From a bacterium (GTDB taxonomy: Bacteria; UBA8248; JACPRG01; G963555815), in NCBI GenBank assembly GCA_965218795.1, contig OZ244653.1, positions 4,224,001 to 4,288,000 of the forward strand: a stretch of DNA of 64,000 nucleotides, read 5' to 3'. The translations under genes were made by a program, and so were the position numbers. Under the pieces are notes generated by a model. That model had not been told where the DNA came from, ran no database searches, and was given only the letters and a program-made list of their open reading frames with translations. Positions within the stretch are counted from its first letter, which is position 1; each line of letters starts with the position of its first letter. Positions 20,141 through 29,837 of this stretch are shown here, piece by piece.

Positions 20141-20235
20141 ACCGCTGTTTGCTGTGAGTCCGCCGGGGGAAGGGCGAGGTCGCTCTTCCCCCGGTTTCGT
20201 TTTCCGGATGACTGTCCAGCTTCATCGCCCTGTCC

Positions 20236-20472
20236 GTGGCTGAACTCTTTACGACAAAGTACCAATTGCTCTGGGCTATCGCGCTGGCCCTGTGCCTGTT
20301 CCTTCCCGTCCGGCGGCTGATTTGGGTGTTGTATGTTCGGCGGGCGGAACGAGGCGGGGATGTCGACGAGTCCCGCCGCCGGGTGCTGAAAAAGCGAGCC
20401 TCGGTCACCTCGGCGCTCCTTTGCTTCGTCTTCTCGTACTTCTATGCCGCTCATCTCTTTCCGGGACAGTGA
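20236..20472 (+). CDS. small two-TM membrane protein
   Basis: two hydrophobic segments; TGATG overlap with the next gene. Confidence 0.65.
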   Translation: MAELFTTKYQLLWAIALALCLFLPVRRLIWVLYVRRAERGGDVDESRRRVLKKRASVTSALLCFVFSYFYAAHLFPGQ

Positions 20473-21083
20473 TGAATCCGCGGGTCCTTCTACGATTCAT
20501 CAAGCTCATGGCGATTCTGACCGTCGTCATGTTTTCCGTCTGGGCGTTGATTCAAAGCTATTTCAATGAATTGCCCGGTGATTATGACACCCGGCAGGGC
20601 GACATCCGTCTCACGGAAGGCAAGTTCGACGAAGCGATCAAGAGCTTCAACAAGGCGCTCCGGGAGATGCCCAACCACCGGGGCGCACTGATGGGCCGGG
20701 CCTTGGTTTACATCCGGACGAACCGGACCGGCGAGGCCATCGCCGAACTCACGCACCTGATTGAATTTCTCAAGAAGAGTCTGAAATCGGAGGATGTCAC
20801 GGGCCGCGCCGCCCTGGCCGCGGCGTACGCGAATCGGGGGATTGTTCTGGACCGGCTGGGACGGTATGAACAGGCGCTGGCCGACTATATCGAAGCGCTC
20901 AAGACGGACGAAGGCGCCGTCTCGGGGCCGGGCCTGGTCGACAAGATCATTTATGGAACGCCGAAACCGTCCACGATTCGGGACCGGGCCGTGTATTTGA
21001 AGAAGCAGCTTGATCTGCCGGAAGACCAGCGGCTGTTGCGCGTGATCGAGATCGATCGGAAGCAGCGGAGCTATAAACCCTGA
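20472..21083 (+). CDS. membrane-anchored tetratricopeptide repeat protein
   Basis: N-terminal TM; TPR patterns GKFDEAIKSFNKAL and AYANRGIVLDRLGRYEQALADY. Confidence 0.85.
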   Translation: MNPRVLLRFIKLMAILTVVMFSVWALIQSYFNELPGDYDTRQGDIRLTEGKFDEAIKSFNKALREMPNHRGALMGRALVYIRTNRTGEAIAELTHLIEFLKKSLKSEDVTGRAALAAAYANRGIVLDRLGRYEQALADYIEALKTDEGAVSGPGLVDKIIYGTPKPSTIRDRAVYLKKQLDLPEDQRLLRVIEIDRKQRSYKP

Positions 21084-21146
21084 CCGGGCTGGGCGAACTT
21101 CTCCGCTCGCCCCTCACATGGAATCATTCCGCCGCGCGGGTGCGGC

Positions 21147-21347
21147 TCAAAACTTGATGAGGCCAAGCACGTCCTGAAACAGGACCAGGAGGAAGAAGAC
21201 CGCGGCGATACAGCCGAAGAGAAGGTGGATGAAATCGGCGCTCCCGTCGGGGTTCCGCGTCCGCACCCCCTTCCAGGCGATTCCGGCTGTGACGGCGAGA
21301 AAGATCCAGTTGAAGGCCTGTTCGTACTCTCCCGCGAATTCGAACAT
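21147..21347 (-). CDS. small two-TM hypothetical protein
   Basis: 66 aa, two hydrophobic helices, co-oriented with the upstream ORF. Confidence 0.65.
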   Translation of the reverse strand: MFEFAGEYEQAFNWIFLAVTAGIAWKGVRTRNPDGSADFIHLLFGCIAAVFFLLVLFQDVLGLIKF

Positions 21348-21393
21348 CGCTTCGTCCCGGCGGCTTTCCGGCCCGGCGGCGGGCCGCCCCCTT

Positions 21394-21894
21394 TCAGGGG
21401 TTGTTTTTCGGCTGAACCGGCGTACCGGCTGTTCCAGGGCGTGAAATCATCTTCTGCTCGAAATAAGGAGGCAGGACGGAGCCCCCCCGTTCGGCGACCA
21501 CGTGCCCCAAGAAGATCATCCCCCCGATAAAGAGGATGACGATGGCGGAGGAAAGGCAGAATTTGGTCCAGGCTTGGGGAACCCGTCTCTTGTAGTCGCT
21601 GTCGTAGCGGTGGTATTCGGGAGCCTGGTCGTCGAGCTTGCCGGAGGCATCGAGCTTCATGATACGCCGGGCGTAGTGCCGGGCCCAGTGGGGGACCTCA
21701 TCGTAAAACATGTAGCGCTGGAAAAGCCGGTCGACGATCGCCCCGGGCATTTCCGCACCGAACCATTCGTCATAGGAGAGCTGAAGAAACTGGAACTCCC
21801 CGATCTGCAGGAGGTTGGCGGCTTGTGCCACCTCCGAACGTTCGGTGTGCTCCTCACGGTCAGGCCGCATCAGGGTTTCAAAGAAGTTTTGCAT
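21394..21894 (-). CDS. hypothetical protein with C-terminal TM helix
   Basis: ATG at 21894; AANLLQIGEFQFLQL and VPHWARHYAR segments, TM near the C-terminus. Confidence 0.7.
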   Translation of the reverse strand: MQNFFETLMRPDREEHTERSEVAQAANLLQIGEFQFLQLSYDEWFGAEMPGAIVDRLFQRYMFYDEVPHWARHYARRIMKLDASGKLDDQAPEYHRYDSDYKRRVPQAWTKFCLSSAIVILFIGGMIFLGHVVAERGGSVLPPYFEQKMISRPGTAGTPVQPKNNP

Positions 21895-22289
21895 GGTGCC
21901 GCCCCGCTTGGCATTCTGGAGCACGCCGGCCCCAAATGGATGTTTCCCCCCGAGCGGTATCATCTTCAGTCCTTCAAATATAGTCCCTCGAATCTTCTGT
22001 GAACAAGTGCAATTGGGTATCGCTTCATCGGCGAGGGAGGAATACGTGAGTGACAGGGGGAAGCGTCGGTATTTCATCCGTTAAATGGAAAGGGTGCCCG
22101 GATTCGAAAACCCAAAAATGGGATGAGCTTTTTCGCCCGGGGACCCATTATCTTCATTTGCAGTATAATGAGTCAGGGTTGGCGGTCAAGAATGATGCGG
22201 CCGGGGCCGGGTTGGTTCTCCCGCAGAACGGTCGTGCTGGATTCCACCGGTAATCGAAAGAGGGTTCGGCAAGAAGGGAAGGTTCTGAG

Positions 22290-23531
22290 ATGGGCACGGG
22301 CGGCAGCCTCCAGGAAACATTGCTGGAATTCCGAAGTCAAAATCTGTTCATCATCTTCTTTACCGAAATCCTGTTCTATATTTCGTTCGCCATGTTGTTG
22401 CCGACGCTGCCGCTCTATCTGGCGGACTTCGGCGTGGGGACCACCCAAATTGGCTTGGTGATGAGTATATTCGCCGTCGGGCTTTTGGGTTCCCGGCCCT
22501 ACATCGGGAAATTCATCGACAACTACGGGGCGAGGTGCACCCTGCGTTACGGCGGCGGCATTCTGACCGGCTGCTCAATTCTCTACGCCGTGGCGCCGGC
22601 CCTGATTTGGGTCTATCCGATTCGGATCATTCACGGCGTCAGCATGGCGTTCCATTCCACGGCGTCCAACGCCATCGTGGCCTCCTCCACGACGCCGGAC
22701 AAGCGCGGCAGCGTCATGGGCCTTTTCGGGATCTCGCGGGCCGTCGCCTTTGGAGTCGGTCCGATACTCGGAAGCGTCGCCCTGGAAATGTGGGGCCACA
22801 CGGTGGTTTTCATGGTCTCGGGGGCATTCGGTCTCGGGGCTATGATCCTCGCGAAGTTTGGCGGCGAATGCTCGAAGGCGGAAGTGGAGACCTCAAGGGC
22901 GGCCATCCGGGAGTTTATCCAGAATCGGACGCTGCTTTTCTGCACCATTGCGATGTTCCTCTTGACGCTCGTCCACGGCGGCCTCACGACGTTCATTCCG
23001 ATTCACGTGAGTGAACGGATGGCCGGAAACCTGGGCACCTTTTATCTGGTCTATTCGATTGCCATCACGGTGGTGGAGATTTTCGCCGGAAAGGCCTCGG
23101 ACCACGAGTGCCGGGTTCCGATTGTTCTTGCTTCGGTGGCCTTGCTCGGCGTTGGGTTCATCGCGATCGGCGGTGTAGCGGGAACCCTCACCCTGATTCT
23201 CGCGGCCATCATCTACGGCGCCGGGTTTGGAGGCTTCCAGGTGGCGATTGGAGCTTTCGTGGGAGATCAAACGGACGACGAAAACCGGGGCTCCGTGTTC
23301 AGCATCTTTTACGCGTCCTATGACCTGGGCATCGCCCTCTCGGGGGTGGTCATGGGCGCGATCGCCGCGGGCGTCGGGCTTGCGGGGATGTTCTACCTCT
23401 CCAGCATCGTTGTCATACCGTCCTTCTTCCTCATCATGCTCTCGCCTCCGGGAGGGATTCGGGCAGCCTTCATGTGCGGCCTCCTCGGAGACTACCGGCC
23501 GCGCTTCCGCCATCTGGGCGGCAGCTTGTAG
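22290..23531 (+). CDS. MFS transporter
   Basis: GKFIDNYGAR motif-A variant, about 12 TM, RG motifs. Confidence 0.9.
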   Translation: MGTGGSLQETLLEFRSQNLFIIFFTEILFYISFAMLLPTLPLYLADFGVGTTQIGLVMSIFAVGLLGSRPYIGKFIDNYGARCTLRYGGGILTGCSILYAVAPALIWVYPIRIIHGVSMAFHSTASNAIVASSTTPDKRGSVMGLFGISRAVAFGVGPILGSVALEMWGHTVVFMVSGAFGLGAMILAKFGGECSKAEVETSRAAIREFIQNRTLLFCTIAMFLLTLVHGGLTTFIPIHVSERMAGNLGTFYLVYSIAITVVEIFAGKASDHECRVPIVLASVALLGVGFIAIGGVAGTLTLILAAIIYGAGFGGFQVAIGAFVGDQTDDENRGSVFSIFYASYDLGIALSGVVMGAIAAGVGLAGMFYLSSIVVIPSFFLIMLSPPGGIRAAFMCGLLGDYRPRFRHLGGSL

Positions 23532-24387
23532 TTTCGAGGGTCCGGGGGGTTGGAAGACCGCCTGGAAGGGGACGGCGGAACGGGGCGCTGTCGATCGTGG
23601 TTGAACCCCGTGACGGGCGGCGATTGGATTCAAGGCCCGGACGAATTCGACCTCCGGAGTTCCCACCGAGGAATTCCTCAGCCCCTCCCAGTCGAACAGG
23701 CAAGTCTCGGCCAGACAGACATAGACCGTTTCCCTCCGTGGGAACAGCCAGTCGCAGATCGTTTCCAATCCGGGCAGGACCGACCAACCCCCTCGACCAC
23801 GAGCACGCTCCGGTCTCTCTGCCTGGTTGCCGCCTCCGGAGACAGATCGGCTGGTTGCGCGTAATTCAGGACGACCGCGTCTTCGGATTACATTACATGT
23901 ATGACTAGGCTTCTTTCCTGACAGATTGGTAAACTTCCTGACCGTGACGGTGGGTCGCCTCCCCATATTGCGACAGCCCTGATGAAGTCGTTCGGTGTTG
24001 TAGAACTTCAGGGACTGTCCAGGTTCTTCTCTCGCAAACCTGCCCTATGTTGCCTGAATTCCTGCTGCTCACCTGCCCCCGACGAAGACATTCGAGGGCA
24101 GGCATCCGGGGGTTCTCGTTTCTCCTTTGCAAGATATCATTTGTTCGGGAAGATACCTAGCTGGACACCTAAAACAACATGCTCCAGTGCTTCGGAATGG
24201 GCGGTGTAGAACCGCGCGCCCCAGAATCAGTGAAAGACCGCCCGTTTCAGGGAAAAAACTTCCACATCAGGCGGAATTGGCCTTATTCTTAGTGCAAGAT
24301 AAATACCGTTCAAACATCGGAAGAAGCCGCAAATCCTTCGGAATGGCTGTCGTTGATTCTTTTTCTCTGGTTCTCACGGGTGACATC

Positions 24388-27300
24388 ATGAGCGCGGATT
24401 CTCGATACCGAATCGGAGTCGATACGGGGGGCACCTTCACTGACGTCATCGCCGTTCGCCTCTCTGATGGAACCCTCTACTCCTCCAAGGTGCCGTCCAC
24501 GCCGGACGATCCCTCCCGCGCGCTGCTCACGGGCGTGCGGAAGATTCTCGGCGAAGCGGATGCGGAGGAATCCCAGGTCTCGGGCATCATCCACGGGACA
24601 ACGGTCGCCACGAACGTTCTGTTGGAGCGCGAAGACCACAACATGGGCCTGCTGGTCACCCGGGGCTTTCGCTTTGTCCTGGAAATCGCCCGCCAGAGCG
24701 TCCCGGAGGGTTACGGAAACTCGTTCTTCTGGGTCAAGCCTCCGCGCCTGGTTCCGGCGGACCGGGTGCTCGAAGTCGGCGGCCGGCTCGACTTCCGGGG
24801 CGGGGAGCTCGAGCCCCTCGATGAGGCCTCGGTCCGCGCGGCGGCCCGCCGCTTTCGGGAGCTGGGCGTCGCCACCGTCGGCGTCTGCCTGCTTCACTCC
24901 TATGCCAACCCTGCGCACGAGCTTCGCGTCAGGGAAATCATCGGTGAGGAGTTCCCCGAGAGCTTCGTCTCTCTGTCCTGCGAGGTGCTGCCCGAGTACC
25001 AGGAGTACGAGCGCGCGTTGACGACGTTGATGGACGCAGCCTGCAAGCCCGTCATCCGCGACTATATCGATCGCGCGGCGGTGCGGGTGGAGGAGGCCGC
25101 CGCCGGGCATACGCCGTTCCTCGTCATGAAATCCAACGGCGGCGTCATGAGCGCCCGGGCTGCGGTCGAGCGGCCCCTCGCAACGGCGCTTTCCGGCCCC
25201 GCTGCCGGCGTCCTGGCCGGCGCCGCCCTGGCGGCGGAGGCCCGCGTCGAGAAGGTCATCACGTTCGATGCGGGCGGGACCTCGACGGACGTCTCCGTCA
25301 TCGAGGGCGGGCGTGCCGCCTACACGACACAGACCACGCTCGGCAACTACAACGTCAAGATTCCCATGATCGACATTGTGACCGTCGGCACCGGAGGGGG
25401 CTCGATTGCGTGGATCAGCCCGGAGGGTCGTTTGCGGGTCGGGCCCCAGAGCGCGGGCGCCGACCCGGGCCCGATGTGCTACGCCAAAGGAGGCGAGGAG
25501 CCGACCGTGACCGATGCCGAGATCGTGCTGGGGCGGCTGCCCGAAGTACTGGTCGGCGGGGAATTGCCTCTGGATAAGAGCCGCGCAGAAGCGGGGATCG
25601 GGAAGATCGCCGAGGCCCAGGGGCTCGGCCCGGAAGATGCGGCGCGGGGAATTCTGGAAGTAGCGGCCTGGAATCAGGCCCTGGCCATCCGGCAGATGAC
25701 CGTCAACCGGGGAAAGGACCCCCGCGAATACGCGCTCGTGGCATTCGGCGGCGCGGGACCTTTGATGGCGGCGGACATCGCGGAAATCCTCGGCGTGGAG
25801 GAGGTCATCGTGCCGCCCGAGCCCGGATGCGGCAGCGCCATGGGCCTGGTCGAAGTCGACTTGCGCAACGACTACGTTCGCACCTGCATCGCCCGCATCG
25901 ACGAGATCCCTCCGGAGGACATCGAGTCGCGATTCGTTGAGATGATTGAGGAGGCGAACTCCGCGCTGGAGAACGAAGACGTGCCCGAGGCCTCCCGAAG
26001 CTTCGAGCGATCGGCCGATTTCCGCTACTACGGCGAGGGCCAGGAGATGACGGTCGATTTTCCCGTGGGCGGGACCATCGCGGACCTTCTGGAAGGCGCG
26101 GAGCGGCGTTTCCACGAGGCCTACCTGGCGCAGTTCGGCTTCAATTATCGCGATCGTACGCCGGTGGAGGTCGTCAATCTCCGGATTACCTCGGTGGGCA
26201 GACTGGAACGGGCTCCGGCCCGGGAGACCCCGAGTGGGCGGGGGATCGAGACGGCCCGCACGGGCGCGCGTCCGGTCTACTTTGCGCCGATGGGGTTTGC
26301 GGACACGCCGATCCATGCCCGCGAGCGGCTCGGCACGGGCGACGTTCTCGAGGGTCCCGCCATTGTCGAAGACTACGGGTCGACGACGGTCGTTCCTCCG
26401 AGAGGCCGGTGTGAACTGGATCCTTGGGGCAACCTGCGGATCCATTTGCCCGCCGCGGGAGAACAGGAGGCCGGGACCCGCAAGGGGCCGGAGGTGGACG
26501 TCAGCCCCGTGGTGCAGGAAATCGTGGAAGGCGCGCTCTATGCCGCCGAGCGGGAGATGGAGGACCTCGTCGAGCGCACGGCCCGGTCGCCATTGATTCG
26601 GGACATGCACGATTACCGGGTCGGCCTGTTCGACCGGAATGGAAACAAGCTCACCGGCCGCTCCTATTCGGCCGTCGTTGCGCCGGTGATGAAGAACTGG
26701 CCGATGGAGGAGGTCCGCGAGGGGGACGTCTTCCTGTGGAACGACGTCTACGAGTCCGAAGGCGGGATCGGCCACCTGCCCGACCTGTGCTCCTGCGTGC
26801 CGATTTTCCACAAGGGGACGCTCAGCGCCTTCGCCCTGGTCTTCGGCCACCACGACGACATCGGCGGAGCGGTCCCGGGGAGCCTTCCGACGAACGCCAC
26901 GGAAATCTTTCAGGAGGGAATCCTCGTTCCGCCCATCAAGCTCTACGACCGGGGGGTGATGAACGAGGCCGCCTACCGCATCATCTTTCGCAACAGTCGC
27001 TTGGGCGAGCACCTCCAGGCGGACATCGATGCGGAGATTGCCGCTTGCCGGGCGGGCGGGGCGCGGCTGCTCGAACTGCTCGATCGTTTCGGCCGGGACA
27101 CGGTCTTTCGATGCTTCGATTCCCTCCTGGACAAGTGCGAGCGGACCATTCAGGACGAGCTGCTCTCGAAGATCCGGGACGGGACCTACGAATGGGAGGA
27201 CTACATCGAGAGCGACGGCGTGGAGCCGGACAAGGTCCACGCCCTCAAACTGAAGATGACCAAGGCGGACGGCCGCCTCACGCTGGATTTCCGTGGCACC

Positions 27301-28317
27301 TCGCCCCAGGCGAAAGGACCGATCAACTGGCCCGGCGACTACGCCGACGGGGCCTTCCTGAAGAAGTGGGTCGGCCCGATCCTGCGCAACCTTGCGGACA
27401 GCTACGATCGCATGTTCGAGGTGGACATCAACGAGGGGATCTGCCGGCTCATCGACGTAACGTTCCCCGAGCCGGGCAGCCTCATCACGCCGGTTTTCCC
27501 CGGCCCGACGAACATGCGGACGTTCACCATCCTCCGGCTCCTGAGCCTTTTCTGCGGGGTCCTCGGCCTCGCCACCGGTGGAAAGATGCCCGCCGACCAG
27601 GAGACCATCCGCTACTGGGGCCTTCACGGCCGAGACCCCGAGGGCAGGTTCTTTCTCTTCCGGGAGATCCTGGGGGGCGGCTCGGGCGGCCGGCCCTGGG
27701 GGGACGGGGTGGACGTGATCCACGTCGTGCCCAACAGCCGGAACCTGCCTGCCGAGTTCAGCGAGAGCCGGTTCCCCGTGCGGGTCGAGCGGCTGGGGCT
27801 GGCGGTGGACTCGGGCGGGCCGGGCAAGCGGCGGGGCGGCCTGGGCTACTTCAAGGAGTTCCGCGCGCTCTGCGACTGTGAGGCCCTGAGCAACGCGGAC
27901 CGCTCGGTCATCGCCCCCTGGGGGGTGAACGGCGGCCGGGCGGGCGGGCTCTACTCCGTGACGATTAATCCGGGCGAGACGGGGGGGAGAGAGGAGCGCA
28001 TCGTTCCCGCCCTGAGCAACCGGGTCCCGGTGCAGGCGGGGGACCTCATCCGGATCGTCACGACGGGCGGCGGCGGCTGGGGCGACCCGCTGGAGCGGGA
28101 GACGGCCCTTGTCCGGGAGGATGTAGCCTGGGGGAAAGTGAGCCCGGAGGGGGCGAGACGGGACTACGGCGTGGCGTTCTCGGATGAAGCGGCCTTGACC
28201 GTGGACGAGAAGGCGACGGCGGAATTGCGGGAGCAAATGCGCTCGGAGCGGGGCGAAGTCCCCTTCTTCGACCATGGTCCGAATTTCAGGGCGCTCAAGG
28301 AAGCGGGGAGGGTGTAA
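24388..28317 (+). CDS. fused hydantoinase A/B (5-oxoprolinase-like) ATP-dependent cyclic amide hydrolase
   Basis: IGVDTGGTFTD, HGTTVATN, SGPAAG, DAGGTSTD, HLPD, HHDDIGG, GGGGWGDP. Confidence 0.92.
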   Translation: MSADSRYRIGVDTGGTFTDVIAVRLSDGTLYSSKVPSTPDDPSRALLTGVRKILGEADAEESQVSGIIHGTTVATNVLLEREDHNMGLLVTRGFRFVLEIARQSVPEGYGNSFFWVKPPRLVPADRVLEVGGRLDFRGGELEPLDEASVRAAARRFRELGVATVGVCLLHSYANPAHELRVREIIGEEFPESFVSLSCEVLPEYQEYERALTTLMDAACKPVIRDYIDRAAVRVEEAAAGHTPFLVMKSNGGVMSARAAVERPLATALSGPAAGVLAGAALAAEARVEKVITFDAGGTSTDVSVIEGGRAAYTTQTTLGNYNVKIPMIDIVTVGTGGGSIAWISPEGRLRVGPQSAGADPGPMCYAKGGEEPTVTDAEIVLGRLPEVLVGGELPLDKSRAEAGIGKIAEAQGLGPEDAARGILEVAAWNQALAIRQMTVNRGKDPREYALVAFGGAGPLMAADIAEILGVEEVIVPPEPGCGSAMGLVEVDLRNDYVRTCIARIDEIPPEDIESRFVEMIEEANSALENEDVPEASRSFERSADFRYYGEGQEMTVDFPVGGTIADLLEGAERRFHEAYLAQFGFNYRDRTPVEVVNLRITSVGRLERAPARETPSGRGIETARTGARPVYFAPMGFADTPIHARERLGTGDVLEGPAIVEDYGSTTVVPPRGRCELDPWGNLRIHLPAAGEQEAGTRKGPEVDVSPVVQEIVEGALYAAEREMEDLVERTARSPLIRDMHDYRVGLFDRNGNKLTGRSYSAVVAPVMKNWPMEEVREGDVFLWNDVYESEGGIGHLPDLCSCVPIFHKGTLSAFALVFGHHDDIGGAVPGSLPTNATEIFQEGILVPPIKLYDRGVMNEAAYRIIFRNSRLGEHLQADIDAEIAACRAGGARLLELLDRFGRDTVFRCFDSLLDKCERTIQDELLSKIRDGTYEWEDYIESDGVEPDKVHALKLKMTKADGRLTLDFRGTSPQAKGPINWPGDYADGAFLKKWVGPILRNLADSYDRMFEVDINEGICRLIDVTFPEPGSLITPVFPGPTNMRTFTILRLLSLFCGVLGLATGGKMPADQETIRYWGLHGRDPEGRFFLFREILGGGSGGRPWGDGVDVIHVVPNSRNLPAEFSESRFPVRVERLGLAVDSGGPGKRRGGLGYFKEFRALCDCEALSNADRSVIAPWGVNGGRAGGLYSVTINPGETGGREERIVPALSNRVPVQAGDLIRIVTTGGGGWGDPLERETALVREDVAWGKVSPEGARRDYGVAFSDEAALTVDEKATAELREQMRSERGEVPFFDHGPNFRALKEAGRV

Positions 28318-28574
28318 GCGGGTTCAATGAATGATGCCGCTAAAGAGAGCCTGAACACAAAGGGGCGCTATGGGCGCGCGACCCATCCGCGCATGGGTCT
28401 GCCTGGAAAGCAGGGGTATTGCGTGGCAAGTTGTACATGTCGCCCTTTCGTGCAAGGTCGAAGGGGGTTCAGCCTCTCGTGGGCGTTCGGTGGACACGGG
28501 GTGGAGATCCTGCGAGCGTTGGTCCCGTTGGGGCGATTGCACGTGGCGGAGGTGTTTGAGTCTGATGTAGTGCG

Positions 28575-28886
28575 CTAGAGGGGGGCGGCCCTACCGCCGG
28601 GCCGCCTGGCGCCCCGGCCGCGTGCGGTGCGGCCGGTCACCGGGACTATGTTTCCCTTGGGCGCGCCATGCTGTTCTTGCCAGTACGGATGGGGCTCGCG
28701 TTGGGCGTTCCGGGTCGCGGCGACGTGGCCCGCTGTGATTCCCGCCTGGACATCCCCAAGCTGCTCAATGAATCCGAATGCTTCACAGAGATCCCCCCGC
28801 TTCGGAAAAAGCTTTGGCAGGTGCTTGGGCGTGTAGAGATCATCGATCGGGACGGTGGTCATGAGCCTCTTGTACTTTGACACCAT
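28575..28886 (-). pseudogene. degenerate remnant of a second asparaginase-like gene
   Basis: AATRNAQREPHPYWQEQHGAPKGNIVPV aligns with the C-terminus GAARNVNLTPHSYWKEGMDAPEGNFAPV of the upstream gene. Confidence 0.6.
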
Positions 28887-28907
28887 GTCCCGCGGCGTCT
28901 TGATTCC

Positions 28908-29831
28908 TTATTCAAAGACCGGGGCGAAGTTGCCCTCCGGCGCGTCCATCCCCTCCTTCCAGTAGGAATGGGGCGTGAGGTTGACGTTGCGCGCCGCGCC
29001 GACGTTGCCGTCCCTGTCGATGCACACGAGGAACATGAGCGGATTGTCGAACCGGGCGTTCAGCTCCAAGACCGCCTCTTCGGCGGCCTGCCGGGCCGGC
29101 TTGCCCCCCTTCAGGTTCTGGACCATCCGGTAGCCCAGGCAGGTTTTGATGACGATTTCGCCGGCCCCCGTGATCGTGATGGAGCCTGCGCCGTTCTCCG
29201 CATAGGTCGCTGCGCCGATGACCCCCACGTCGCCCACGCGGCCCGGCATCTTGAGGGGGAATCCGCCGCTCGACGTGCCGGCGGCGAAGTTGCCCTCCTG
29301 GTCCAGCGCGCAGCACCCGACGGTGTCGGCCCACCTGCGGATCTTTTTCCAGTAGGAATAGAAGCCGCCGAGCTCCTCGCCGCTCTTGATCTTGGTGATG
29401 AGATCCATCCACTCCTCCCTGCGGTGCGGGAGCTCGGGGTCGTATTCCTCAAAGCCCATTTTGCGGGCGATCTCCTCTGCTTCCGATCCGACCAGCATGA
29501 CGTGGTCGGTTTCGTCCATGACGGCCTTGGCGACCTGAATGGGATTCTTGACGCGCATGAGGCCGCCCACGGCGCCGGCCCCAAAGGTCTTTCCGTCCAT
29601 GACGCTGGCGTCGAATTCGATCTGGCCCTTCAGGTTCAGCCGGGCGCCGGTGCCCGCGTGATACATGGGGTCGTCTTCAGCGGAGGTGATCACGGCGATG
29701 ACCCCGTCCAGCGCGGACCCGCCGCCCTTCAGGATATCCACGCCCACCTGGATGTGCTTGATGGCCGTCTCGCCGAACTCGCCGTCCGAGGGGTTGATGG
29801 CCCCTCCCTGAAACGCGATGGCAGATGTCAT
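28908..29831 (-). CDS. isoaspartyl peptidase / L-asparaginase (Ntn hydrolase)
   Basis: EFDASVMDG, VKNPI, DTVG nucleophile site, AAGTSSGG, GRVGD. Confidence 0.92.
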   Translation of the reverse strand: MTSAIAFQGGAINPSDGEFGETAIKHIQVGVDILKGGGSALDGVIAVITSAEDDPMYHAGTGARLNLKGQIEFDASVMDGKTFGAGAVGGLMRVKNPIQVAKAVMDETDHVMLVGSEAEEIARKMGFEEYDPELPHRREEWMDLITKIKSGEELGGFYSYWKKIRRWADTVGCCALDQEGNFAAGTSSGGFPLKMPGRVGDVGVIGAATYAENGAGSITITGAGEIVIKTCLGYRMVQNLKGGKPARQAAEEAVLELNARFDNPLMFLVCIDRDGNVGAARNVNLTPHSYWKEGMDAPEGNFAPVFE

Positions 29832-29837
29832 CTTCGC

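Noticed and set aside
23540-24380. Short ORFs between the MFS and hydantoinase genes
   Set aside because: No recognisable family or convincing start; may be a gene remnant but cannot be supported
24310-28275. 1321-aa minus-strand ORF, and similar long ORFs at 3010..4899, 5628..7466, 28968..30965, 47333..49057 and 60591..62090
   Set aside because: Antisense shadows of well-supported genes, expected in high-GC DNA; no recognisable motifs
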